NCBI GenBank assembly: GCA_947061115.1
Contig: CAMSMU010000002.1
Coordinates: 1-51,623 of the forward strand
Source of the DNA: an uncultured Clostridium sp.
GTDB lineage: Bacteria > Bacillota > Clostridia > TANB77 > CAG-508
Direction of reading: 5' to 3'
DNA: 51,623 nucleotides
The notes beneath the pieces are model-generated. The model saw only the letters and a list, made by a program, of their open reading frames with translations. It did not search any database and was not told the origin of the DNA. Shown piece after piece: positions 39,492 to 47,989 of the stretch. Position numbers and translations under genes: made by a program. The stretch's first letter is position 1. The number at the start of each line of letters is the position of its first letter.

Positions 39492-39512
39492 AAAATTGGG
39501 TATAGTAATACT

Positions 39513-40334
39513 ATGAACAAATTTAAAATTAGAGAAAAATATAAAAAAATACAAAAATTATTCGATAATATAGAAGAAGATTATATTAGTGCATTTACTG
39601 CACAGTGTGCATATTATACGATACTATCTTTTATACCATTTATCATTTTAGTAATAACTTCAATACAATACACAGGAATAGGACCAGAAACATTGTATGA
39701 TGCAATTTCAAAAGTCATACCATCAAGTATGAATGAAATGGTTTTAGGAATAGTACAAGAAGTATATTCTAAATCAATTGGTACAATATCAATCTCAATT
39801 ATATTTATAATATGGTCTGCTGGAAATGGTTTATATGCACTAACAAAAGGTCTTCAATCTATTTATAATATAGACGATAAAGAAGATGTATCATATATAT
39901 ATTTAAGAATTAAAGTAATTATAGAAACAATAATATTTATAATTCTAATAATAATAGGATTAATTGCATTAGTATTTGGAGATAAGTTAAAAGAATTTAT
40001 TCAAAACAATTTTAACTGGTTTGCAAATTATAATATTATAGTATCAATATTAACAAAAGTAGGATTTATATTTGCTACTTTTGTTGTGTTTTTACTATTA
40101 TATAAATTTATGCCAAAACACAAAGTATCAATAAAAAATCAAGTTTATGGTGCAATATTTGGAGCAGTAGCATTAAATATAGTATCATATGTATTTTCTA
40201 TATATTTAGATATATTCAAAGGATTTTCAATAACATATGGAAGTTTAACAACACTAATATTAATAATGATGTGGACATATGCATGCTTTTATACAATATT
40301 TTTAGGAGCAGAAATAAATAAATTTTTAAAATAG
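39513..40334 (+). CDS. YihY/BrkB-family membrane protein
   Basis: AFTAQCAYYTILSFIPFI... with 6 TM helices. Size and pattern fit the family. Confidence 0.75.
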   Translation: MNKFKIREKYKKIQKLFDNIEEDYISAFTAQCAYYTILSFIPFIILVITSIQYTGIGPETLYDAISKVIPSSMNEMVLGIVQEVYSKSIGTISISIIFIIWSAGNGLYALTKGLQSIYNIDDKEDVSYIYLRIKVIIETIIFIILIIIGLIALVFGDKLKEFIQNNFNWFANYNIIVSILTKVGFIFATFVVFLLLYKFMPKHKVSIKNQVYGAIFGAVALNIVSYVFSIYLDIFKGFSITYGSLTTLILIMMWTYACFYTIFLGAEINKFLK

Positions 40335-40371
40335 GACTATGGGGACGGTCTTTTTGTACAAAATAAAATTA

Positions 40372-40400
40372 TAGAAAAAAATATAACAATATGATAGAAT
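40372..40400 (+). promoter_or_regulatory. Extended -10 promoter (TAGAAA -17 nt- TGaTAGAAT) of small ORF B
   Basis: Paralogous to 6393-6421. Confidence 0.4.
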
Positions 40401-40430
40401 AAATAAAAATATTAATAAAGGAAAGAATAA

Positions 40431-40484
40431 ATGAAAAACGCTATAATACTTGAGGCTGTATATATATATATATATATATCGTAA
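40431..40484 (+). CDS. Candidate 17-codon small ORF B (MKNAIILEAVYIYIYIS) containing a (TA)10 tract
   Basis: Paralog of the ORF at 6451-6501, with conserved promoter, SD-like GGAAAG and ATGAAAAAC start. Confidence 0.3.
   Translation: MKNAIILEAVYIYIYIS
40459..40479. repeat. (TA)10T microsatellite
   Basis: Direct read, 21 nt of alternating TA. Confidence 0.95.
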
Positions 40485-40637
40485 GGTTTAATAAAACAAA
40501 ATTATGTAGTTAAGGTAAAAACTAGTAATTTAGGGGCAGAGGGGCCAGTCAAAATTGGTTAAATATAGAAAATAATAAGTATAATATATTAAATAAAACA
40601 AATAATAATAAAAATATACAAAAGCAATTAATATTAA

Positions 40638-40666
40638 TTGCAAAAATATAAGTGATATGATATAAA
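40638..40666 (+). promoter_or_regulatory. Sigma-A promoter TTGCAA -17 nt- (TGa)TATAAA for the flagellin-like gene
   Basis: Read directly. It is itself a third copy of the small-ORF promoter segment. Confidence 0.5.
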
Positions 40667-40712
40667 TAAAAAAGCAAGAAAGATAAAATGCAAAAACAAA
40701 GGAGAATGAGTT

Positions 40713-42347
40713 ATGAACAAATTAAAAAAAAATAGTAAAAATAAAGAGAATATAATAAATTATAAAATCTTTAGGGGCGATTGTCAGTCGCATACAGGAA
40801 TAACATTAATATCATTAATAGTAACAATAATAGTGTTACTGATTTTGGCAGGAATAGCAATAAATTTAAGCATAGGAGATAATGGACTATTTAATAGAGC
40901 AAAATCCGCAGTAGAAAAATATAAGATAGCAGCTAATGAAGAAAGTGAATTTTTTGAAGAATTAGATAAAAGCTTTGCAGTAGGGAATAGTAAATTACCA
41001 ATAAGAACACAGGTTATTGGTTATGATCAATATATTGATAATTGTAGTAATGGTATATCAGCAATTCAAATGTTTAATGGAGCATTAGGAGAAAATAAAT
41101 CTATAATAGAAAGAATTATATATCTAATTATTAGTGAAGACTATGATAAGAATGATGAAATTGTTATACAAGAATTGCAAGATCTAGAAAATGAATTTAA
41201 TCGTATATATGAAGAAAGTTGTTTTAAGTTTCATCAACCAATTAAAATTTATTATAATACAACTAAATATATAGAAATTTCATCAAATTTAGATCATATT
41301 AATATAGATTTTTCAACAAGTGAAACAATAAAGAATTCAGTTACAAAACTTCAAGGTGAAATGCAAAAAATTGATAATGAAATTAATGAACTCAATAAAA
41401 AAGAAGAAACGGTAAGAAAAATAATATCAGAATTAGAAATAAAAAATGAAGAATTATTAAAATATGATTATTTAGATAATATAGAATTAAAAGAAGTTGA
41501 ATTAAATGGAGAATTAGAAAGTGAAAAAATAGAATCAATTAACCAAATGTTAAAAAATATAAATGATATTATAAAATTGCAAAGTAGTTCAGAAGAAAAA
41601 CTGTCAGAAATATATAGTAAATTGTGTAGAATAAATGAGCTAATTTATAATGGATCTAATGATGAAATAATTGAAATAAAACAAGAAATTGATTTAATAG
41701 CAAATGAAATGAGAACAATAAATGAAACTTTTATAATAGATATCCAAGGAGAAAAAATAACTATTAAAATAAGAGATTTAAATACAAATTATTTAGGAAA
41801 AGATAATACTCCTTTATATTTAGATGTATCTAATAAAGAAAGATCACAAGAATCATTAGATAATGCAATTTATATTATTGATTGTGAACGAGCTAATTTA
41901 GGAGCTATATTAAATAGAGTAGACCATACAATTAAATATTATACAAGAATAAAGGATGTGTTGGAAAGTAGAATAAAAAATAAAGAAGATAGAAATAAAA
42001 GATTGGCAATTGTAAGTTTAGAAGAGATGCAATATTGTTTAGACAGGATCAGAACATTAATGATAAGAAGTCATAATGGAGTAAATTCAATAAAGGATAA
42101 GTATGGAATCAAGTTAGAGATAGATCAGATATTATTAGAAATAAATAGAATAGCAACGCATACTATGATAGAAAATGATACAGGTCTATTAAATGGTCAA
42201 TGGAATAAAAATATAAATGTAACACTTGAAAGTTTAGCTATAAAAGAAATAAATAATGATACAGAAGAAAATATTCAAGCAGGAATAAGAAAACTAGAAG
42301 AAAGTATTATTAAAATATATGAAAATCGTAAGGCATTAGCAAAATAA
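40713..42347 (+). CDS. Flagellin-homology protein with a pilin-like N-terminal hydrophobic segment. It lacks the flagellin D0/export regions.
   Basis: - Residues 29-50, GITLISLIVTIIVLLILAGIAI, are preceded by a basic leader.
- IRTQVIGYDQYIDNCSNGISAIQMFNGALGE resembles flagellin MRGQIRGL..ASKNSQDGISLIQTAEGAL.
- ERANLGAILNRVDHTI resembles flagellin RAxLGAxxNRLxxxI.
- SD AAAGGAGA lies upstream. Confidence 0.6.
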   Translation: MNKLKKNSKNKENIINYKIFRGDCQSHTGITLISLIVTIIVLLILAGIAINLSIGDNGLFNRAKSAVEKYKIAANEESEFFEELDKSFAVGNSKLPIRTQVIGYDQYIDNCSNGISAIQMFNGALGENKSIIERIIYLIISEDYDKNDEIVIQELQDLENEFNRIYEESCFKFHQPIKIYYNTTKYIEISSNLDHINIDFSTSETIKNSVTKLQGEMQKIDNEINELNKKEETVRKIISELEIKNEELLKYDYLDNIELKEVELNGELESEKIESINQMLKNINDIIKLQSSSEEKLSEIYSKLCRINELIYNGSNDEIIEIKQEIDLIANEMRTINETFIIDIQGEKITIKIRDLNTNYLGKDNTPLYLDVSNKERSQESLDNAIYIIDCERANLGAILNRVDHTIKYYTRIKDVLESRIKNKEDRNKRLAIVSLEEMQYCLDRIRTLMIRSHNGVNSIKDKYGIKLEIDQILLEINRIATHTMIENDTGLLNGQWNKNINVTLESLAIKEINNDTEENIQAGIRKLEESIIKIYENRKALAK

Positions 42348-42607
42348 ACGATGGGATGGAGTTGGGATACAAAAAGAAAATGTAGGGGCAATTATTAATC
42401 TTAAAAATAGTAAATCAAAGCCTATTTTCCAAATAAAATGAGCATATAACAAATGGATTTATAGAAGTATTACTAGATAAAAAAATAGAAATCATAGTAA
42501 TAGCAAATTATTAAAATAAGATACTTAAAATTAAAAAGTGAATAATATTAATCTGGACTTTTTATACTATATATGTTATATTGTAAAAAAAGCAAGAGGA
42601 AAATAAA

Positions 42608-42898
42608 ATGTTAAATTTTATAATAGGATATTTAGTAATAATTAATTGTATATCAATGATTTTTATGTATATGGATATGAAAACAGATTTAATTAAACTA
42701 GAAAAAGGAACTATAAATTTTATATATGCACTATTAGCAATAATTGGTGGAAGTGTAGGAATATTAGTTACTTCTCAAATGTTTGGATATAAAAAAGAAG
42801 AGAAAATAATAAAAAGATTTATACCATTTATAGTATTTTTAGAAGTTATAATTATAGGAATAATTATAATAAAAAAATATGAATTGAATATATTGTAA
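42608..42898 (+). CDS. Small membrane protein, DUF1294-like
   Basis: 96 aa with three hydrophobic helices. LLAIIGGSVGILVTSQMFGYKK resembles the DUF1294 core. Confidence 0.45.
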   Translation: MLNFIIGYLVIINCISMIFMYMDMKTDLIKLEKGTINFIYALLAIIGGSVGILVTSQMFGYKKEEKIIKRFIPFIVFLEVIIIGIIIIKKYELNIL

Positions 42899-42918
42899 GT
42901 TAAAATTTCTTTTGATAT

Positions 42919-42945
42919 AATAACCTCATGAAGAGGTTATTTTCG
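42919..42945 (+). terminator. Rho-independent terminator
   Basis: aataacctc-atgaa-gaggttatt hairpin plus T-run. Confidence 0.7.
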
Positions 42946-43034
42946 TTTAAATAGAATAATATAATTAATTTATATTATTGAAAGCTATAATATAAATAAC
43001 TTTTAATAGACAATTAATAATGGAGGTTTTATAT

Positions 43035-43517
43035 ATGTGCCAATGTGTAGAAAATGAAATAAAAGAACAAGTAAATAAAATATTAAATAATTACAAAATA
43101 GAAAAGGATAATTTAATTCCAATATTAAATGATATTCAAGAAAAGTATGGATATATTCCTAAAATAGCACAAGTAGAAATATCTAACTATTTAGATATGC
43201 CACTTGCAGAAATATATGGAGTAATTACATTTTATTCAAGATTTACTTTAGAACCAAAGGGAAAATATAATATATCTGTTTGCTTAGGCACAGCCTGTTT
43301 CGTAAAAGGTTCACAATCAATACTAGATAGATTAAAAGATAGATTAAAAATAGAAGAAGGTAAAACCACTGAAGATGGCAAATTTTCAATAGATACTACT
43401 AGATGTGTAGGCGCATGTGGAATAGCACCAGTATTTACAGTAAACAACGAAGTATATGGCCATGCAACTGTAAAGAAATTAGATGAAGTATTAAATGAAT
43501 TAGAAAAAGCAAAGTAG
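43035..43517 (+). CDS. hydC: NuoE-like [2Fe-2S] subunit of a bifurcating [FeFe] hydrogenase (HydC/HndA)
   Basis: Motifs VCLGTAC...C...RCVGACGIAP. ATG 43035 is 8 nt after SD GGAGG; the track's ATG 43020 overlaps that SD. Confidence 0.85.
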   Translation: MCQCVENEIKEQVNKILNNYKIEKDNLIPILNDIQEKYGYIPKIAQVEISNYLDMPLAEIYGVITFYSRFTLEPKGKYNISVCLGTACFVKGSQSILDRLKDRLKIEEGKTTEDGKFSIDTTRCVGACGIAPVFTVNNEVYGHATVKKLDEVLNELEKAK

Positions 43518-43619
43518 AAATTAATCACATATATTTTTATATTACAGTAAATTCATAGAATTTCGATATAATTTAAAAATATTTATTAAAAATAAAATAA
43601 GTATACGTGGAGGTCATAT

Positions 43620-45479
43620 ATGAAAAAATTAGATGAAATAAACAAAATTAGAATTGAAAAAAGAAAAGAATTAGACTTAAGAGCTAATACTGAAGCGGAC
43701 ACTAGAGAAAAACATATATTGGTATGTAATGGTACAGGATGTACATCCTCTAAATCACCACAAATATTAGAAAATTTTAAAAGAATAATAAAAGAAAAAA
43801 ATCTTCCTAATGTTAGAGTAATAAAAACAGGATGTTTTGGATTATGTGCAAAAGGACCAATAGTAATTATCAGACCTGAAGATACATTTTATGCAAATTG
43901 CAGACCAGAAGATTGTGAAGAAATAATAGAATCACATATAATACATGGAAAAGTTGTAGAAAGACTACTATGTAAGGATATAGATGGAAAATTAGTTCAA
44001 AAGTTAGATGACTTAAATTTTTATAAAAAGCAAAAAAGAATAGCTTTAAAAAATTGTGGAGTAATTAATCCAGAAGATATTGACGAATATATAGCATTTG
44101 ATGGATATAAAGCATTAGAAAAAGTATTAACTACTATGACAAGAGATGATGTTATAGATGTTATTAAAAAATCAGGACTAAGAGGAAGAGGGGGAGCAGG
44201 ATTCCCTACAGGAAAAAAATGGGAACTTACTAAAGCATATGAAGATGAAATTAAATATGTAGTATGTAATGCAGATGAAGGAGATCCAGGAGCTTTTATG
44301 GATAGAAGTATACTTGAAGGAGATCCACATACTGTATTAGAAGCAATGGAAATAGCAGGCTATAGTATAGGCGCTAAAAAAGGTTTTATATATGTTAGAG
44401 CAGAATATCCAATAGCTGTACAAAGATTGCAAATAGCAATAGATCAAGCAAGACGTTATGGAATATTAGGAAAAAACATATTCGGAACAGATTTTTCTTT
44501 TGATATAGAAATAAGATTAGGTGCGGGAGCATTTGTATGTGGAGAAGAAACTGCATTATTAGAATCTATAGAAGGAAAAAGAGGCCAACCAAGAGTAAAA
44601 CCGCCATATCCAGCAGAACATGGATTATGGGGTAAACCAACTCTTATAAATAATGTAGAAACATATGCTAATATATCACAAATAATATTAAATGGAGCTG
44701 ATTGGTATTCAAAAATAGGAACAGAGAATTCTAAAGGTACAAAAGTATTTGCATTAGGTGGAAATGTTAATAATGTAGGATTAGTTGAAGTACCAATGGG
44801 AACAACATTAAGAGAAATCGTTTATGACATAGGTGGCGGAATACCAAATGGTAGAGATTTTAAAGCAGCACAGACTGGTGGACCTTCAGGTGGATGCATA
44901 CCTAAAGAACATTTAGATACACCAATAGATTATGAATCACTAAAAGAAATAGGCTCAATGATGGGGTCTGGTGGATTAATAGTAATGGATGATACAAAAT
45001 GTATGGTATGTTTAGCAAAATTTTATCTAGAATTTACAGTTAGTGAAAGCTGCGGAAAATGTACTCCTTGTAGAATCGGAACCAAAAGAATGCTGGAAAT
45101 ATTAGAAAGACTGTGCTCAGGAGAAGGAGAAGAATACGACATATATAGACTAGAAAAACTAGCAATAAACATAAAAAATTCTAGTATATGTGGATTAGGA
45201 CAAAGTGCACCAAACCCTGTAATAAGTACTCTTAAATATTTTAGGGATGAGTTTAGACAACATGCTATACAAAAAGAATGTAAAACAATGGAGTGTAAGT
45301 CATTAGCTAAAATAGAGATAGATGAAGAAAAATGTAAGTCATGTGGTCTATGTCAGAAAAATTGTCCAGTAAATGCAATAGAAGGAGAAGGAAAAGAAAA
45401 AAGAATAATAAATTATGATAAATGTATAAAATGTGGAACTTGTATTGCAAAATGTCCATTCCATGCAATAGGAAACTAA
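43620..45479 (+). CDS. hydB: NuoF-like NAD(P)H/FMN subunit of [FeFe] hydrogenase (HydB/HndC)
   Basis: N-terminal thioredoxin-like 2Fe-2S domain, GLRGRGGAGFPTGKKW, CNADEGDPGAF, SCGKCTPCR and two C-terminal CxxCxxCxxxCP motifs. Confidence 0.9.
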   Translation: MKKLDEINKIRIEKRKELDLRANTEADTREKHILVCNGTGCTSSKSPQILENFKRIIKEKNLPNVRVIKTGCFGLCAKGPIVIIRPEDTFYANCRPEDCEEIIESHIIHGKVVERLLCKDIDGKLVQKLDDLNFYKKQKRIALKNCGVINPEDIDEYIAFDGYKALEKVLTTMTRDDVIDVIKKSGLRGRGGAGFPTGKKWELTKAYEDEIKYVVCNADEGDPGAFMDRSILEGDPHTVLEAMEIAGYSIGAKKGFIYVRAEYPIAVQRLQIAIDQARRYGILGKNIFGTDFSFDIEIRLGAGAFVCGEETALLESIEGKRGQPRVKPPYPAEHGLWGKPTLINNVETYANISQIILNGADWYSKIGTENSKGTKVFALGGNVNNVGLVEVPMGTTLREIVYDIGGGIPNGRDFKAAQTGGPSGGCIPKEHLDTPIDYESLKEIGSMMGSGGLIVMDDTKCMVCLAKFYLEFTVSESCGKCTPCRIGTKRMLEILERLCSGEGEEYDIYRLEKLAINIKNSSICGLGQSAPNPVISTLKYFRDEFRQHAIQKECKTMECKSLAKIEIDEEKCKSCGLCQKNCPVNAIEGEGKEKRIINYDKCIKCGTCIAKCPFHAIGN

Positions 45480-45501
45480 AAGAGTAGAAAAGGAGGTAGT
45501 A

Positions 45502-47259
45502 ATGGAAAAAAATACAGTAACAGTAATTATAGATGGCCAAAAAGTTGAAGCAAAAAAAGGAACAACTATATTGCAAGCTGCTAAAAGTGTAGGAATAGAT
45601 ATACCAACATTATGTTTTTTAAAAGATATAAATGAAGTTGGTGATTGTAGAATGTGTATAGTAGAAGTAGAAGGAAGAAGAGGATTTGCAACATCTTGCA
45701 TCCAAAAAGTAGAAGAAGGAATGGTAATACATACACATACACAAAATGTACTAGAAGCAAGACATGTAATATTAGATTTAATAATTTCAAATCACTCAAA
45801 AGATTGCCTAACATGTACACGTTCAGGAAATTGTGAATTACAAGATTTAGCTATTAAATTTAATGTATTAAATAATGAATTTGTTGGAGAAAGAACAGTT
45901 CACAAAATAGATGATAAATCTCCATCAATAGTAAGAGATTTTAATAAATGTATTCTATGTAGAAGATGTGTAGCAACATGTAAAAATGTACAAAAAATAG
46001 GAGCAATAGATTGTATAAATAGAGGTTTTGATTCTTGTATATCTACGACATATGATCATAGTTTGAATGATGTAAACTGTACATTCTGTGGTCAATGTAT
46101 AGAAAGTTGTCCAACAGGAGCACTACATGAAAAAGAAAACATAAATGATGTATGGGCAAAATTAAAAGATCCAGATACATTTGTAGTAGTTCAAACAGCA
46201 CCAGCAGTTAGAGTTGCATTAGGTGAAGAATTTGGAATGGAAATAGGAACAAATGTGACTGGAAAGATGATTACAGCACTAAGAAGATTAGGATTTGACA
46301 AAGTATTTGATACAAATACAGGAGCAGACTTTACAATAATGGAGGAAGCAACAGAATTTGTAGAAAGATTTAAAAATAATGATAATCTTCCAATGGCAAC
46401 ATCATGTTGCCCAGCGTGGGTTAAATACGTAGAAACTACTTATCCAGAAAATATTAAACATTTATCTAGTTGTAAATCTCCACATCAAATGTTAGGTGCA
46501 ATTATAAAATCATATTATGCAGAAAAAAATAATATAGATAGAAACAAAATATATGTTGTATCAGTAATGCCTTGTACAGCAAAGAAATATGAAAGACAAA
46601 GAGAAGAGATGAAAGTAGATGAAATATGTGATGTTGATGCAGTAATAACTACTAGAGAACTTTCAAGGATGATAAAACAAGCAAATATAGATTTTAATAA
46701 ACTAGAAAAAAGCACATTTGATGATCCAATGGGAGAGGCAACAGGTGCTGCAGCAATATTTGGAACAACAGGTGGAGTTATGGAAGCGGCATTAAGAGCA
46801 GCATATGAAATGATTACAAAAGAAAAATTACAAAATGTTAAATTTGAATCAATAAGAGGAGAAAAAGGTATAAAAAAAGCAGAAGTAAAAATAGGAGATA
46901 AAAAAGTAAAAGTAGCAGTAGCACATGGATTAGGAAATGCAAACAAAATTATGGAAGATATAAAAAATGGAACATCTGATTATGACTTCGTAGAGGTAAT
47001 GGCATGCCCTGGAGGATGTATTATGGGAGGAGGACAGCCAATAAGAACATCAAAAGAAAGAGCCAATATAGATATAAGAGCTAAAAGAGCTGAAGCAATA
47101 TATAATATTGATGAGAATAGTAAAATAAGAAAATCTCAAAATAATGAAGTAGTTAAAAAAATATATGACGAATATATTGGAAAACCAGGAACAGAAAAAG
47201 CACATGAGCTTTTACATACACACTATAAAGAAAAGGCAAAATATAATTTAGGCGAATAA
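45502..47259 (+). CDS. hydA: [FeFe] hydrogenase catalytic subunit
   Basis: N-terminal 2Fe-2S and 4Fe-4S domains. H-cluster motifs TSCCPAW, MPCTAKKYE and EVMACPGGCIMGGGQP. Confidence 0.92.
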   Translation: MEKNTVTVIIDGQKVEAKKGTTILQAAKSVGIDIPTLCFLKDINEVGDCRMCIVEVEGRRGFATSCIQKVEEGMVIHTHTQNVLEARHVILDLIISNHSKDCLTCTRSGNCELQDLAIKFNVLNNEFVGERTVHKIDDKSPSIVRDFNKCILCRRCVATCKNVQKIGAIDCINRGFDSCISTTYDHSLNDVNCTFCGQCIESCPTGALHEKENINDVWAKLKDPDTFVVVQTAPAVRVALGEEFGMEIGTNVTGKMITALRRLGFDKVFDTNTGADFTIMEEATEFVERFKNNDNLPMATSCCPAWVKYVETTYPENIKHLSSCKSPHQMLGAIIKSYYAEKNNIDRNKIYVVSVMPCTAKKYERQREEMKVDEICDVDAVITTRELSRMIKQANIDFNKLEKSTFDDPMGEATGAAAIFGTTGGVMEAALRAAYEMITKEKLQNVKFESIRGEKGIKKAEVKIGDKKVKVAVAHGLGNANKIMEDIKNGTSDYDFVEVMACPGGCIMGGGQPIRTSKERANIDIRAKRAEAIYNIDENSKIRKSQNNEVVKKIYDEYIGKPGTEKAHELLHTHYKEKAKYNLGE

Positions 47260-47298
47260 AATTAAAATATAGATAACTTTAAAACTTTGTAAGTATAT

Positions 47299-47332
47299 AA
47301 AACACATATTAGCCATAACTAATATGTGTTTT
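47299..47332. terminator. Bidirectional hairpin terminator shared by hydA and comEB
   Basis: aaaacacatatta-8 nt-taatatgtgtttt. It overlaps the comEB stop codon. Confidence 0.6.
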
Positions 47333-47816
47333 TACCATTTAATAAGTCATCCTTTTCAATCCAATCTTGAACATCAATAACTTTATAATTTTGTTTATCA
47401 ATTCTAACATATACTGTTTTTATTCCAGAATTAATAATTAACTTTCTACATATTTGACAAGGAGAAGCACCTTCTTCATAAGACTTAGTGTCATAGCGAA
47501 TACCAACTAAATATAAATCAGAATCAATCATGTTTTTTCGTGCAGCACTTAACATAGCATTTTGCTCTGCATGAACACTTCTACAAGAATCATATCCTGC
47601 ATGTCTTACATCAGGAAAGAATTTCTTTTTAGTACAAAATCCTAAATCTATACAATTATCTCTTCCACGTGGAGCACCAGTATATCCAGTAGATATAATT
47701 TCATCATTTTTAACTATAATTGCGCCAAAGTTTTTTCTTAAACATGTACCACGCTCAGATATAGTTTCTGCTATATCTAAATAATAATTTACTTTATCAA
47801 CTCTCTTCATATACAC
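47319..47816 (-). CDS. comEB: dCMP deaminase (ComEB family)
   Basis: HAEQNAM zinc motif and PCQICRKLI. Confidence 0.9.
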   Translation of the reverse strand: MYMKRVDKVNYYLDIAETISERGTCLRKNFGAIIVKNDEIISTGYTGAPRGRDNCIDLGFCTKKKFFPDVRHAGYDSCRSVHAEQNAMLSAARKNMIDSDLYLVGIRYDTKSYEEGASPCQICRKLIINSGIKTVYVRIDKQNYKVIDVQDWIEKDDLLNGKNTY

Positions 47817-47931
47817 CTTCTATAAATTGATTTGATAATATTTTATCAAATATAACAAAAACAGTCAATTATGTGAAAATTTATATATTACATGATTTTA
47901 TCTATTAATGATAAAAATATTTAAAAAATCA

Positions 47932-47960
47932 TTGAATTTTAAAAAATGTAATGCTATAAT
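47932..47960 (+). promoter_or_regulatory. Sigma-A promoter TTGAAT -17 nt- (TGc)TATAAT for pyk
   Basis: Read directly; near-consensus with extended -10. Confidence 0.6.
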
Positions 47961-47989
47961 ATAAGCTGCGTGTAAAGGGAGGAAAAAAT

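Noticed and set aside
40724-40732. An A9 homopolymer in codons 4-7 of the flagellin-like gene as a phase-variation tract.
   Set aside because: A8-A9 runs occur elsewhere in this AT-rich window (for example near 25551), so this one is not distinguishable from background composition.
40688-40735. A 15-codon upstream ORF (MQKQRRMSYEQIKKK) overlapping the start of the flagellin-like gene.
   Set aside because: There is only a weak purine-rich stretch upstream. The ATG is better explained as the relic of the duplicated module's ATGAAAAAC. It is noted in the module finding rather than called as a gene.
40713-42347. Calling this gene a canonical flagellin (fliC/hag).
   Set aside because: The ND0 and CD0 terminal helices and the type III export region are absent. 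A hydrophobic pilin-like segment occupies the N-terminus, and no flagellar genes are nearby.
43035-47259. NuoE- and NuoF-like genes as a fragment of respiratory complex I.
   Set aside because: They are followed directly by an H-cluster [FeFe] hydrogenase gene, and no other nuo genes are present. This is the HydABC/Hnd-type soluble hydrogenase arrangement.
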